Of a stretch of 64,000 nucleotides of DNA, positions 10,164-20,599 are shown piece by piece; the first letter of the stretch is position 1, and each line of letters starts with the position of its first letter. The translations under genes were made by a program, and so were the position numbers. Below the pieces are notes generated by a model that saw only the letters and a program-made list of their open reading frames with translations, had not been told where the DNA came from and made no database searches. The stretch is from Burkholderiales bacterium (GTDB lineage: Bacteria > Pseudomonadota > Gammaproteobacteria > Burkholderiales > SG8-41). Where the stretch lies: NCBI GenBank assembly GCA_038316355.1, contig JBBQAO010000011.1, positions 858-64,857 on the forward strand, given 5' to 3'.

Positions 10164-10188
10164 AAGAGCTGGTGGTTTGCGGTATAAT
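10160..10188 (+). promoter_or_regulatory. Candidate sigma70 promoter for rpoD
   Basis: GTGAAA (10160-10165), 17-bp spacer, perfect TATAAT (10183-10188), 44 bp before the ATG. Confidence 0.45.
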
Positions 10189-10231
10189 TTCCGGCTTTTT
10201 CACCGAACCATCGCCCGGCGGAGCCTAATCC

Positions 10232-12592
10232 ATGGCCAAGCAATCCAAAACATCCAAATCCAAGGCAACCAAGGCAAAAAACGCGAAAGCGAAAAATGCC
10301 GGCGCGAAAAACGCCAAAGCGAAAGGCGCAGCACGCGCTAAAACAGGATCCGCAAAATCCGCCGTCAAAACCAAGGCGCGCGTTGCAACAAAATCCAAGG
10401 TGGTGAAATCAAAGGCGCCGCAGCGCGCCGCCAAGCCGCGTCCGGCAGCAAAGGGCGCGGCCAAAACCAAGGGCAAGGTTACGCCGAAAGCAGCGGCCAA
10501 GTCGAAGGCGGTATTACGCAAGGAACAGCAGCGGCTGGCGAACTTCAAGGCGGTGGCGAAACAGGCGCTGGCCAAGGTCAAGGCGGCCGCGCAGAAACTC
10601 GACAAGACTGCACCGCAGCCGGCAGCGCCGGTTGCCGCCGTCAAGGCCGGTGGCAAGCAGCGGCCAACGCGCGGACTGACCGCGCGCGAACGCGCGCTGG
10701 TCAAGGAATTCGAGCGGCGTGAACTCTCGCCGGCGGACGCCGAAGCACGGCGCCTGCGGCTGAAAAATCTGGTGGTGCTCGGCAAGGAACGCGGTTACCT
10801 GACCTATGCCGAGATCAACGATCACCTGCCCGATGACATGCTCGACGCCGAGGCGATCGAGAACATCATCGGCATGATCAACGACATGGGCATCCAGGTC
10901 TACGACGAAGCACCGGATGCCGAGACCTTGCTGATGTCCGAATCCACGCCGGCGGTGGCGGACGAAGATGCGGTCGAGGAAGCCGAAGCCGCGCTGTCCA
11001 CGGTGGATTCCGAGTTCGGCCGCACCACCGACCCGGTGCGCATGTACATGCGCGAAATGGGCTCGGTCGAACTGTTGACGCGCGAGGGCGAGATCGAGAT
11101 CGCCAAGCGCATCGAGGACGGCCTGCGCCACATGATCCTGGCCATTTCCGCCTGCCCGACGACGATTGCCGAAATCCTCACGCTGGCCGAAAAAATCGAG
11201 AAGGAAGAAATCCGCGTCGATGATGTCGTCGACGGGCTGGCTGACCTCGAAATGAAAGCAGCCATTGTTGAAGAGGTTGCCGAAGATGAGGCTGGTGACG
11301 ATGAGGATGTCGATGCCGAGGACGCCGAGGACGATGACGGCGCTGCCAGCGCCGCCGCCGCCGCCGCCGACCTGGCGCGGCTGAAGGAAGCTGCGCTGGT
11401 GCACTTTGCCGACATCCGCAGCAATTACCAGAAAATGATGCGCGCGCTGCAGAAACACGGCTCGCGTGGCCGGCCCTACATTCAGGCGCGCGAAGCCATT
11501 TCCGAAGAGTTGATGAAAATCCGCTTCGGGGCAAAGCAGATCGAAGGCCTGTGTGACGGCGTGCGCAAGCTGGTTGAAGAAGTGCGCACCTACGAGCGCA
11601 CGATCATGGCGCTGTGCATCGACAAGGCGCGTATGCCGCGCCAGCATTTCATCAAGGAATACCCGGGCAAGGAAACCAGCGCGCGGTGGATTCGCGGCGA
11701 GGTGGAATCCGCCAAGCCGTGGAGCGAGGCGCTGCTGCGTTTCGAACCGGCGGTTGTCGAGCAGCAGCAGAAACTGCTCGACCTGCAGAGCCGGATCGGC
11801 ATCCCGATCAAGGAACTGAAGGAAATCAACCGCCAGATGACCAGTGGTGAAGCACGGGCACGGCGCGCAAAACGTGAAATGACCGAGGCCAACCTGCGGT
11901 TGGTAATTTCGATCGCCAAGAAATACACCAACCGCGGCCTGCAGTTCCTCGACCTGATCCAGGAAGGCAACATTGGCCTGATGAAGGCGGTGGACAAGTT
12001 CGAATACCGCCGCGGTTACAAATTTTCGACCTACGCGACCTGGTGGATCCGTCAGGCGATCACCCGCTCGATCGCCGACCAGGCGCGCACGATCCGTATT
12101 CCCGTGCACATGATCGAGACCATCAACAAGATGAACCGCATCTCGCGGCAGATCCTCCAGGAAACCGGCTCCGAGCCGGATCCGGCGACGCTGGCCGCGA
12201 AGATGGAAATGCCCGAGGAGAAGATCCGCAAGATCCTCAAGATCTCCAAGGAACCGATTTCGATGGAGACGCCGATCGGCGACGACGACGATTCACATCT
12301 GGGCGATTTCATCGAAGACCAGTCGACGATGGCACCCAGCGACGCCGCGGTTTACGGCAGTCTGCGCGATGTCACCGGCGACGTGCTCGACACGCTGACC
12401 CCGCGCGAAGCCAAAGTGCTGCGCATGCGTTTCGGCATCGAAATGAACACCGATCACACGCTGGAAGAAGTCGGCAAGCAGTTCGACGTCACCCGCGAGC
12501 GCATCCGCCAGATTGAGGCCAAGGCGCTGCGCAAGCTGCGCCATCCGTCGCGTTCGGAGCGGCTGCGCAGTTTTCTCGATAACGAAAGCTGA
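10232..12592 (+). CDS. rpoD: RNA polymerase sigma factor RpoD (sigma70) with a Lys/Ala-rich N-terminal extension
   Basis: Regions 2-4 are unmistakable ([48 protein letters not shown]; [30 protein letters not shown]). The first ~175 codons are AKxK repeats. Confidence 0.95.
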   Translation: MAKQSKTSKSKATKAKNAKAKNAGAKNAKAKGAARAKTGSAKSAVKTKARVATKSKVVKSKAPQRAAKPRPAAKGAAKTKGKVTPKAAAKSKAVLRKEQQRLANFKAVAKQALAKVKAAAQKLDKTAPQPAAPVAAVKAGGKQRPTRGLTARERALVKEFERRELSPADAEARRLRLKNLVVLGKERGYLTYAEINDHLPDDMLDAEAIENIIGMINDMGIQVYDEAPDAETLLMSESTPAVADEDAVEEAEAALSTVDSEFGRTTDPVRMYMREMGSVELLTREGEIEIAKRIEDGLRHMILAISACPTTIAEILTLAEKIEKEEIRVDDVVDGLADLEMKAAIVEEVAEDEAGDDEDVDAEDAEDDDGAASAAAAAADLARLKEAALVHFADIRSNYQKMMRALQKHGSRGRPYIQAREAISEELMKIRFGAKQIEGLCDGVRKLVEEVRTYERTIMALCIDKARMPRQHFIKEYPGKETSARWIRGEVESAKPWSEALLRFEPAVVEQQQKLLDLQSRIGIPIKELKEINRQMTSGEARARRAKREMTEANLRLVISIAKKYTNRGLQFLDLIQEGNIGLMKAVDKFEYRRGYKFSTYATWWIRQAITRSIADQARTIRIPVHMIETINKMNRISRQILQETGSEPDPATLAAKMEMPEEKIRKILKISKEPISMETPIGDDDDSHLGDFIEDQSTMAPSDAAVYGSLRDVTGDVLDTLTPREAKVLRMRFGIEMNTDHTLEEVGKQFDVTRERIRQIEAKALRKLRHPSRSERLRSFLDNES

Positions 12593-12596
12593 AATC

Positions 12597-12620
12597 GTCC
12601 GCCCGCGGTTACGGGCGGAC
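12597..12620 (+). terminator. Hairpin after rpoD (no U-tract)
   Basis: GTCCGCCCG-cggtta-CGGGCGGAC. No T-run follows, so terminator function is uncertain. Confidence 0.35.
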
Positions 12621-12708
12621 ACCAGCCGGAATTGATTTCGCTCGCTGCAGCCTTTCGGGCTAGCCCGGCATCGCCGGATATTTCATCAACGCCGCCCCGG
12701 AGGGGCTC

Positions 12709-13803
12709 ATGAATGAACCGCGCCGTGACCTCGCGCGCACCACCCTGGTCGTGCTGTTTATCGGCGGCCTGATTTTTGCCTCGTTATGGACCATCCGGCC
12801 ATTCCTTGCGCCAGTGATCTGGGCGGCCATGATCGTCGTCGCGACCTGGCCTTTGATGCGCCGTGTCCAGCGCCGACTGTGGGGCAGCAGGGCGCTGGCG
12901 GTGACGGCGATGATACTGGTACTGCTGCTGGTGTTTGTGGTGCCGCTGACGATGGCGATTGCCACCATCGTCGAACATGCCAATGAGATTGTCAGTTGGG
13001 CAAAAGAACTGACCGGGCTTCGCCTGCCGCCGCCACCCGACTGGCTGCGTAATCTGCCGCTCGTGGGTGACCACGTAGTCCTGCTCTGGGAAAAGATTGC
13101 AGCCATAACTTCGCGCGATCTTGCCACCAGGGCCGAACCGTACGCAGGCGCGGCCACCCGCTGGTTTATTGCCGAAGTCGGCAGCTTTGGACTGGTGTTC
13201 GTCCAGTTTTTGCTGACGATCATCCTGTCCGCCGTGCTCTACGCGAGTGGTGAAGCCTGGGCACATTGGATGATTCGATTCGGCGGCAGACTGGCTACTG
13301 TGCACGGCGAGCGCGCGGTGATGCTCGCCGGTCAGGCGATACGCGGTGTTGCCCTGGGCGTAGTAGTGACCGCCTTGGCCCAGTCCATACTCGGCGGCAT
13401 CGGACTGGTAATCGCCGATGTGCCTTTCGCCGCGATGCTGACGGCCGTCATGTTCATGCTCTGCATTGCCCAACTCGGGCCGGTGCTGGTGCTGCTGCCG
13501 GCCGTGGGCTGGCTCTACTGGAGCGACAGCACCGGCTTGGCCGTTTTTCTGCTGGTGTGGACGATGATTGTCGGCACCATCGATAACGTCATTCGCCCCT
13601 TCCTGATCCGGCAGGGCGCAGACTTGCCGCTGCTGCTGATTTTTGCCGGCGTCATCGGCGGTCTGCTGTCTTTTGGTCTGGTCGGTATTTTCGTCGGCCC
13701 GGTAGTGCTGGCTGTGGCCTATACCTTGATCGATGCCTGGGTCAAAGATGACGGACAGGACGAAGCGGTAGCCGTTTCGGTTGACCCCGTCGCCAGGAAA
13801 TAG
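12709..13803 (+). CDS. AI-2E family transporter (PerM/YdiK-like permease)
   Basis: 364-aa polytopic protein. N-terminal FLAPVIWAAMIVVATWPL and C-terminal GLLSFGLVGIFVGPVVLAV are typical of this family. Confidence 0.8.
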   Translation: MNEPRRDLARTTLVVLFIGGLIFASLWTIRPFLAPVIWAAMIVVATWPLMRRVQRRLWGSRALAVTAMILVLLLVFVVPLTMAIATIVEHANEIVSWAKELTGLRLPPPPDWLRNLPLVGDHVVLLWEKIAAITSRDLATRAEPYAGAATRWFIAEVGSFGLVFVQFLLTIILSAVLYASGEAWAHWMIRFGGRLATVHGERAVMLAGQAIRGVALGVVVTALAQSILGGIGLVIADVPFAAMLTAVMFMLCIAQLGPVLVLLPAVGWLYWSDSTGLAVFLLVWTMIVGTIDNVIRPFLIRQGADLPLLLIFAGVIGGLLSFGLVGIFVGPVVLAVAYTLIDAWVKDDGQDEAVAVSVDPVARK

Positions 13804-13821
13804 CGTACCGTTTGCCCGTGC

Positions 13822-13854
13822 GGCCGCGGGCAGCCAGCCCGCGGCCGTTTTTTT
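13822..13854 (+). terminator. Intrinsic terminator
   Basis: GGCCGCGGG-cagccag-CCCGCGGCC followed by gTTTTTTT. Confidence 0.7.
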
Positions 13855-14027
13855 GACGTGAGCCGGTGACAGCCATGGCGGCTCCTTGCTGGTAACGGTG
13901 TCTGTGATCGATGACGGGTCATGGTTGCCGGAATGATAAAATAGTGCCGTTGTCGGCCAGGCTTGGCGATTATCCGTATAACGTCCGGCTCCTTCAGGAT
14001 CAGCGGGGGGCCGCGTTTTCTGCAACA

Positions 14028-14104
<77 letters not shown>

Positions 14105-14189
14105 GTACGGCCGCGGGCCGGCATGACCTCTCAAAAAAATCCGGGGTGTCCGGTCACGGAGTGTTTGAAATGTGATGGAGGAGCGCAAT

Positions 14190-14996
14190 ATGACCGGCAC
14201 CGTTATTGCAGAAAATCCGGTAAAAACGATGATGTGCGCGGGCAAGGTCGCCCTCGGCATGAACGTGCGTCTGGCGCGTTCCGGCGACATCGCCCGGATC
14301 GCCAAGTCGAGTGGCCACGATTTCATTTTCATCGACATGCAGCATTCGCTGTTCAATCTCGAAACGGTCGGCCATATCGCGCAGGCGGCACTGGGCTGCG
14401 GCATTGCGCCGCTGGTGCGCGTACGCAGTTGCGATGATCCCGATACCTCAGTGCTGCTGGACAACGGCGTGACCGGCATCGTGTTTCCGGACATCAGCAC
14501 CGCAGACGAGGCGCGCCGCGCCGTGAGCCGCGCCAAGTTTCCGCCGATCGGCAAACGTTCGGTGTCCGGCGGATATGCAATTTTTGATTTTCGTCCGATG
14601 TCCACCGCCGATGCGGTGCCGGCGCTGCAGGAAAATACATTGGTGGTGTGCATGATCGAAACCCGCGCTGGCGTCGAGAACATTGATGCCATTGCTGCGG
14701 TCGAAGGGGTTGATGTGATCCATGTCGGGGCCAATGACCTGCTGACCGCGCTGGGCAAGCCCGGACAGTTCGGTGATGCGGAAGGCGCGGCAGCGATCGA
14801 GAAAGTGATTGCGTCCGCCGTCCGTCACGGCAAGATTGCAGGTGTCGGCGGTGATCGCAATCTGGCGCGGCAGATGGAATACATTCGCCGCGGCGCGCGC
14901 TTCATTACCACCAACAGCGAGATCGCTTTCATCATGGCGGAAGCGACGCGCGTGACGGGCGAGTTGCGGCGGGCTTTGCAGTCGGCCGGTAATTGA
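14190..14996 (+). CDS. HpcH/HpaI-family aldolase (2-keto-3-deoxy-acid aldolase type)
   Basis: GHDFIFIDMQHS, MIETRAGVENIDAIAAVEGVDVIHVGANDL. Start chosen at the ATG 6 nt after GGAGGAG. Confidence 0.8.
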   Translation: MTGTVIAENPVKTMMCAGKVALGMNVRLARSGDIARIAKSSGHDFIFIDMQHSLFNLETVGHIAQAALGCGIAPLVRVRSCDDPDTSVLLDNGVTGIVFPDISTADEARRAVSRAKFPPIGKRSVSGGYAIFDFRPMSTADAVPALQENTLVVCMIETRAGVENIDAIAAVEGVDVIHVGANDLLTALGKPGQFGDAEGAAAIEKVIASAVRHGKIAGVGGDRNLARQMEYIRRGARFITTNSEIAFIMAEATRVTGELRRALQSAGN

Positions 14997-15058
14997 GAGT
15001 GAGAGCAGGGTAAATACGCAAGTATTTGATTTTATTGATATTTTTTGGAGAACGTCAG

Positions 15059-16036
15059 ATGAAAAAAATCCTCAAACCAGCCCTCAGCGGCATAATCGCA
15101 GCAGCACTGGTGCTGTCGGCATGGGCGCAGGCCGCTGAATGGGCGCCGACCAAACCGATACGCGTCATCGTGCCGTTCCCGCCGGGCGGCAGCAATGACA
15201 TCGTCGGTCGCCTCGTTGCCAGTGACCTGAGCCCGCTGCTCGGCCAGCAGGTGGTGATCGACAACCGCGGCGGCGCGGGCGGCATCATCGGTTCCGAAAT
15301 CGCCGCGAATGCGCAGCCCGACGGGCACACGCTGCTGATTGCTTCGGTGGCGTTTGCCTACAATCCCGCGATCTACAAATCGCAGGTGCGTTTTGATCCG
15401 GAGAAGTCGTTTACGCCGATTGCACTGATCGGCACCGGTCCCAGCGCGCTGACCGTGCATCCGAAGATGGCGGCGAAGACCACCAAGGATCTGATCGACA
15501 TGGCGAAGGCCAGGCCCGGCACGCTGAACTACGCCACCGCCGGCATCGGCAGCTTCCAGCACCTGAGCACGGAACTGCTGAAACTGCAGGCCAAGATCAG
15601 CATTGTGCATATCCCGTTCAAGGGCGGCGGCCCGGCGATGGCTGACGTGATTGCCGGCAACACGCAGATCACCATGGGTTCACTGCTGCAATTGGTGCCG
15701 CATATCCAGAGCAACCGGCTGCGGCTGCTCGCCGTGGGCAGCGCCAAACGCAACAGCGCGTTCCCCGACACGCCGACCGTTGCTGAAACCGTGCCCGGCT
15801 ACGAGGCGAACAACTGGTGGGGCATACTGGCGCCGGCCGGTGTGTCACCCGAGATCGTGCGCCGGTTGGAAGCGGCTGTTTCGAAAGTAGTGAATAATCC
15901 CGAAATGCAAAAGAAATTTGATTCGCAGGGCGCTGATGTCGATTACAAGAACTCGGCGGATTACGGCAAGTTCATCAAGGTCGAAACAAGCAAATGGTCC
16001 AAGGTGGTCCGCGACGCGGGCATCAAGGCTGAATAA
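15059..16036 (+). CDS. Bug-family (TctC-like) tripartite tricarboxylate transporter substrate-binding protein
   Basis: Signal peptide, then PIRVIVPFPPGGSNDIVGRL and the NYATAGIGSFQHL motifs typical of Bug proteins. Confidence 0.85.
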   Translation: MKKILKPALSGIIAAALVLSAWAQAAEWAPTKPIRVIVPFPPGGSNDIVGRLVASDLSPLLGQQVVIDNRGGAGGIIGSEIAANAQPDGHTLLIASVAFAYNPAIYKSQVRFDPEKSFTPIALIGTGPSALTVHPKMAAKTTKDLIDMAKARPGTLNYATAGIGSFQHLSTELLKLQAKISIVHIPFKGGGPAMADVIAGNTQITMGSLLQLVPHIQSNRLRLLAVGSAKRNSAFPDTPTVAETVPGYEANNWWGILAPAGVSPEIVRRLEAAVSKVVNNPEMQKKFDSQGADVDYKNSADYGKFIKVETSKWSKVVRDAGIKAE

Positions 16037-16045
16037 TCCCGACAA

Positions 16046-16068
16046 GCGGCGCAAGCCGCCCTTTTTTT
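16046..16068 (+). terminator. Intrinsic terminator
   Basis: GCGGC-gcaa-GCCGC, then ccTTTTTTT. Confidence 0.55.
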
Positions 16069-16078
16069 GGAGACTCAA

Positions 16079-17050
16079 ATGCCGCATGTCATACGCATAC
16101 ATCAGCACGGTGGACCGGAGCAGATGCGCTGGGAGGAAGTGGCCGTTGCTGAGCCGGGCCCGGGCGAAGTCCGTGTACGCAATACCGCGGTAGGTCTGAA
16201 CTACATCGACACCTACCATCGTTCCGGCCTCTACCCCATGCCGCTGCCGCTGACGCTGGGCTCGGAAGGCGCAGGCGTGGTCGAAGCTGTCGGACCCAAG
16301 GTCAAGGAGTTCAAGGTCGGCGATCACGTCGCTTACGCGCAGCCCATTGGCGCCTATGCCGAAGTGCTGCTGCGTCCGGTGGCGCGGTTGGTAAAAATCC
16401 CCGCCGGCATCAAGGACGAAACGGCGGCGGCGATGATGCTCAAAGGCATGACCGCCTGGTACCTGTGCCGGCGCACTTACCGCGTGAAAAAGGGCGATAC
16501 CATCGTCGTCCATGCTGCCGCGGGCGGTGTCGGGCAGATACTCTGCCAATGGGCAAAACATCTGGGCGCCACCGTGATCGGCACCGTGGGCAGCGATGAA
16601 AAAGTCGCGCTGGCGAAAAAAGCCGGCTGCAAACACGTGGTGGTGATGTCGCGCGAAAAACTCTCCGAGCGCGTCAAAGCCATCACCAAAGGCAAGGGTG
16701 TGCCGGTGGTGTACGACGGCGTCGGCAAAGATACCTTCGTGGAATCGCTGGACTGTCTGGCGCCGCTGGGCCTGATGGCGAGTTTCGGCAATGCTTCGGG
16801 CGCCGTGGCGCCGGTCAACATCGGCATTCTCGCGCAGAAGGGTTCGCTGTACCTGACGCGCCCGACGCTGGTCAATTACACCTCCGCCCGCGAAGATCTG
16901 CTGGCTGCAGCCCGGGACCTGTTTGCCGTGGTCAAAAAGGGGGCGGTGAAAATCACCATCAACCAGCGCTATCCGCTGCGCGAGGCGGCGCAGGCCCATC
17001 GCGACCTTGAGGCGCGCAAGACCACCGGCTCCACGGTGTTGCTGCCTTAG
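16079..17050 (+). CDS. qor: NADPH:quinone oxidoreductase (zeta-crystallin type MDR)
   Basis: HGGPEQMRWEEV..PGPGEVRVRNTAVGLNYID, AAAGGVGQI, and a C-terminal AHRDLEARKTTGSTVLLP. Confidence 0.85.
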   Translation: MPHVIRIHQHGGPEQMRWEEVAVAEPGPGEVRVRNTAVGLNYIDTYHRSGLYPMPLPLTLGSEGAGVVEAVGPKVKEFKVGDHVAYAQPIGAYAEVLLRPVARLVKIPAGIKDETAAAMMLKGMTAWYLCRRTYRVKKGDTIVVHAAAGGVGQILCQWAKHLGATVIGTVGSDEKVALAKKAGCKHVVVMSREKLSERVKAITKGKGVPVVYDGVGKDTFVESLDCLAPLGLMASFGNASGAVAPVNIGILAQKGSLYLTRPTLVNYTSAREDLLAAARDLFAVVKKGAVKITINQRYPLREAAQAHRDLEARKTTGSTVLLP

Positions 17051-17113
17051 AGCGCTTGATGGTCAGGCGCTGTCAATCCCCGCCGTATCCGGGCGCAGCG
17101 GTATCATTGCCGC

Positions 17114-19222
17114 ATGTCGGAACACACGCCCGCTACTGACCAAAATGCACTTGCCGCGGCGCCCGCTGCTGACAGCGATGCTGTCAACCGCCTGGCGCTG
17201 CGGCTGATTGCCGCCAACGCGCGCGTCAATGCCATTGCCCTGGTGGTCGCGGTCAGCCTGATCGCCCTGGGCGCCTGGGCGTATTCCGGCATCGAGCAGT
17301 CGCTGCGCGACATGCGCACAGCGGGACTCACCGCGGTGCTTGATGCCGAAGTACAGGCGCTTGGTCTGTGGATTGAAGACCGCAAGGACGAAGTGCGGCA
17401 CTGGGCGGCGGATCCGCGGATCCGCGCCGCCACTGTAGCGCTGTCCAGTGGCGCTGCCCCGGAAAAGGCGCGGGGGAATCTTGCCGCGGCGCTGGCCCCG
17501 GCCCTGAAGGAATCGGGTGCCGTGGCCTACAACGTCATCGACCGGCAGGGTGTGGTCATTGCATCGTCGGCGACCGAGTATCTCGGCCGTCGCATCAGTC
17601 CCGGTGAGTATCTGGGGGCGGTGCGTGATGTGCTCGGGGGAATCACGCGTTTTGTCCGGCCCTATCGCGAGCGCGACCGCATTGAGGGCGAACCCAGCGC
17701 GGTATTTGCGCAGCCGATGGTCTGGTTCAAAACACCGGTTCTGGATGCCGCCGGTCGTGCAGTCGCCGGACTTGGTTTTGCGCGTCATGCCGACAGCCGG
17801 TTCACCGGGATACTAGGCGCAGCCAGTCCGGGCGTCAGTGGCGAGATTTATGCACTGACCGCCGATGGACTGATGTTGTCGGACAGTCGATTCGCCACGG
17901 AACTGCGCGCGGCCGGCGCGCTGCCTGCGGATGCCGGCAACGGCGCGTTGCAGGTGCAGATTCGTGATCCCGGCGGCGCATTTGCCGAAGGCCACAAGTT
18001 GCCGGTGGACTGGGCAGCGGCGCCGCTGACCCGGATGGCGGCGCTGGCGGGGGCGGCCCGCGGTAAAACGGATCCGGCGGATTTGCGTGGGGTGATCCTG
18101 GAGCCTTACCGCAATTACCGCGGCAGTGAAGTGATCGGTGCCTGGCGCTGGCTGGCCGATTACGATTTTGCGGTGGCCGTTGAAATGTCGCGTGATGAAG
18201 CCTACGCGCCGCTGCGTTATCTCAATTTTGCCTTTGGCCTGCTCGGCACGCTGGTCGGCCTGGCAGTGCTCGCGGTGCTGGGGTCGATGTGGAACGTGCG
18301 CCGTTTGCGCCTGGCTGTGGGTGATGCGCGGGTCATCGGCCAGTACCGGCTGGAACGGCAACTCGGCGAAGGCGCGATGGGCAAGGTTTACCTCGCGCGG
18401 CATGCGCTGCTGAAGCGGCCGACGGCGATCAAGCTGCTGAAGGCGCATCTGGCCACGGACGAGATGATCGGGCGTTTCGAGCGCGAAGCGCGCCTGGCCA
18501 GCCAGCTGGTGCATCCGAACACGATCGGAATTTACGACTACGGGCGCACGCCGGACGGTATTTTTTATTACGTGATGGAGTATCTGGAAGGGCGCTCGCT
18601 CGACGAAATCATCGCGGCTGACGGCGCGCTGCCGGTGGCACGGGTGATCCACGTGCTGCGCCAGACCTGCGCCGCACTGCGCGAGGCGCATGGTCGCGGG
18701 CTGATTCACCGCGACATCAAGCCGCATAATCTGATGCTGTGCCAGCGCGGCGGCGAGTTTGATGTGGTCAAGATTCTCGATTTCGGCCTGGTCAAGGATC
18801 TGACAACGTTGCAATCGCGCAATATCACCCAGTTCCAGCGCGTAGTCGGCACTCCCGTGTACATGGCGCCGGAACGCGTGCGCAATGCAGCTGCTGCGGA
18901 CAACCGCTCGGACATTTACTCGGTCGGCGCGACGGCGTTTCAACTGCTCACCGGACGTCCGCCGTACGAAGCTGCCGGCGAACACGACCTCACGTATCAG
19001 ATCCTGCATGCGCCGGTGCCCGTGATTGCTGATTACGCGTCTCAGGTGCCGCCACGTCTGAGCGAGCTGATCACACGCTGCCTGGCCAAGGAGCGCAGCG
19101 AACGCCCGCACGATATCGTGGTCGTACTGGCGGCACTGGAAGTGCTGGCCGTGATGCATCCATGGACACAGCGTGATGCTGCCGCTTGGTGGGTCGCCGC
19201 CGAAGTGCGTGCGGCATCATGA
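17114..19222 (+). CDS. Membrane sensor Ser/Thr protein kinase (periplasmic sensor domain plus Hanks-type kinase)
   Basis: Two TM segments flank a ~330-aa extracytoplasmic region. The kinase motifs are GEGAMGKVYLARH, AIK, HRDIKPHNLML, DFGLVK, GTPVYMAPE. Confidence 0.85.
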   Translation: MSEHTPATDQNALAAAPAADSDAVNRLALRLIAANARVNAIALVVAVSLIALGAWAYSGIEQSLRDMRTAGLTAVLDAEVQALGLWIEDRKDEVRHWAADPRIRAATVALSSGAAPEKARGNLAAALAPALKESGAVAYNVIDRQGVVIASSATEYLGRRISPGEYLGAVRDVLGGITRFVRPYRERDRIEGEPSAVFAQPMVWFKTPVLDAAGRAVAGLGFARHADSRFTGILGAASPGVSGEIYALTADGLMLSDSRFATELRAAGALPADAGNGALQVQIRDPGGAFAEGHKLPVDWAAAPLTRMAALAGAARGKTDPADLRGVILEPYRNYRGSEVIGAWRWLADYDFAVAVEMSRDEAYAPLRYLNFAFGLLGTLVGLAVLAVLGSMWNVRRLRLAVGDARVIGQYRLERQLGEGAMGKVYLARHALLKRPTAIKLLKAHLATDEMIGRFEREARLASQLVHPNTIGIYDYGRTPDGIFYYVMEYLEGRSLDEIIAADGALPVARVIHVLRQTCAALREAHGRGLIHRDIKPHNLMLCQRGGEFDVVKILDFGLVKDLTTLQSRNITQFQRVVGTPVYMAPERVRNAAAADNRSDIYSVGATAFQLLTGRPPYEAAGEHDLTYQILHAPVPVIADYASQVPPRLSELITRCLAKERSERPHDIVVVLAALEVLAVMHPWTQRDAAAWWVAAEVRAAS

Positions 19223-19271
19223 TGCCGCCGGCATTAACATGCAGACCGATCAACATGACGGGTACCGATAG

Positions 19272-19637
19272 ATGAACATGCGACGATCGATATTGACTGC
19301 CGCGTTGTGCGTGGCGGGACTGGCGCAGGCACAGGCTCCGGTGGAAGATCGTGGTGATGCGCTTCGGCAGGGCCAGTATCACGCCGGTGTCGCCTGGCGC
19401 GAACTGGAGCAGGCGCGCCATGATGCAAAACTTGCGGAGCAGGATGTGTTGAACCTGCGCGATGCGCACGTGGCTGCGCAACAGCAGGCGGATTTGCGCA
19501 AGCGGGAACTCGATGCCGCGCTCAAAGCGTTTGGAGCAGCGCGCGCCCGGCTTGCGGCGACGCAGCAGGCTTACGATAAAGCAGTCAGCGCCGTCGATGC
19601 GGCGCACCGCGCGGCGCCTTCCTTGCCACTCAAATAA
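19272..19637 (+). CDS. Hypothetical secreted coiled-coil protein
   Basis: Signal peptide MNMRRSILTAALCVAGLAQAQA, then Ala/Gln/Arg-rich helical sequence. I recognise no family. Confidence 0.45.
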   Translation: MNMRRSILTAALCVAGLAQAQAPVEDRGDALRQGQYHAGVAWRELEQARHDAKLAEQDVLNLRDAHVAAQQQADLRKRELDAALKAFGAARARLAATQQAYDKAVSAVDAAHRAAPSLPLK

Positions 19638-19650
19638 GGCTGGCAGCCGA

Positions 19651-20427
19651 TCAGGCGCGCCGGCTGCTGGCACCGCCGTCGACGGTGATGATGGTGCCGG
19701 TGGTGTAACCCGAAAGCGGCGAACACAGGAAGGTCACCAAAGCACCGATCTCTTCCACGGTGGCCATGCGGCCGAACGGCGATTTGCCGACCAGTTCCTG
19801 CCAGCGCTCGGCGTTGCCCAGTTCCTTGCCTGCGCGTTCGCGCAATCGTTTCACCGCGCGATCGGTGGCGGTGCCGCCGGGATTGATGCCGACCACGCGC
19901 ACGCCGAATTCCGGGCTTTCAGCGCCGAGAGCGCGGGTCATCGCCATCAGCGCGGCGTTGCCCATGCTGCCGGCAATGTAACTGGCGACCGGGCGTTCGC
20001 CGGCGGCGCCGATCACGTTGACGATGACGCCGCTGCGGCGCTCGCGCATGTGTTTGTAGATTTCGCGGGTGATATCGATGAAACCGAAGACCTTGAGGTC
20101 CCAGGACTGTTTCCACGTCGCATCATCCAGTGCGTCCAGCGTGCCCTGTGGAATGGCGCCGGCGTTGTTCACCAGAAAATCGACATCACCGCATTCCCGC
20201 GCCAGCGCGACGGCGTTTGTGGCATGCGACAGGTCCACTGCGTGGCAGCTGATTTCGACCGCGTGATTGCGCAGAATTCCGGCTTTTGCGGTTTCCAGGT
20301 CGACGGCGCTGCGCGCGGCCAGATGCAAATGGCATCCTTCCCCGGCCAGCAATTGCGCCGCGCCCAGGCCGATGCCGCGGGAGCCCCCGGTGATCAGCGC
20401 GCGTTTTCCCTGCAGTCCCAGTTTCAT
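19651..20427 (-). CDS. SDR-family oxidoreductase
   Basis: KRALITGGSRGIG, NNAG and YIAGSMGNAA motifs. Start moved to MKLGLQGK. Confidence 0.85.
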   Translation of the reverse strand: MKLGLQGKRALITGGSRGIGLGAAQLLAGEGCHLHLAARSAVDLETAKAGILRNHAVEISCHAVDLSHATNAVALARECGDVDFLVNNAGAIPQGTLDALDDATWKQSWDLKVFGFIDITREIYKHMRERRSGVIVNVIGAAGERPVASYIAGSMGNAALMAMTRALGAESPEFGVRVVGINPGGTATDRAVKRLRERAGKELGNAERWQELVGKSPFGRMATVEEIGALVTFLCSPLSGYTTGTIITVDGGASSRRA

Positions 20428-20599
20428 GTTGGATCTCCCGCGAAGAGTCGTGATTTGGCGATGTTTTTGCGATGTTAACACCGCGACGGGACCGCATCGT
20501 CAACCGGGATGCGCTACAGGCGTTATGGGCATACGACCCGAAAGTTCGGGACGAATCGCGCAACAACGCGAACGACATCATTCAGAAACTGGAGAAAAC

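Noticed and set aside
20267-20599. Long upstream extension of the Lys/Ala/Pro-rich protein ORF, and the 7317..7505 extension of rpsU
   Set aside because: The extensions overlap the SDR gene and the tsaD gene on the opposite strand and lack Shine-Dalgarno sequences. The internal ATGs give a canonical signal peptide and the canonical 70-aa S21, respectively.
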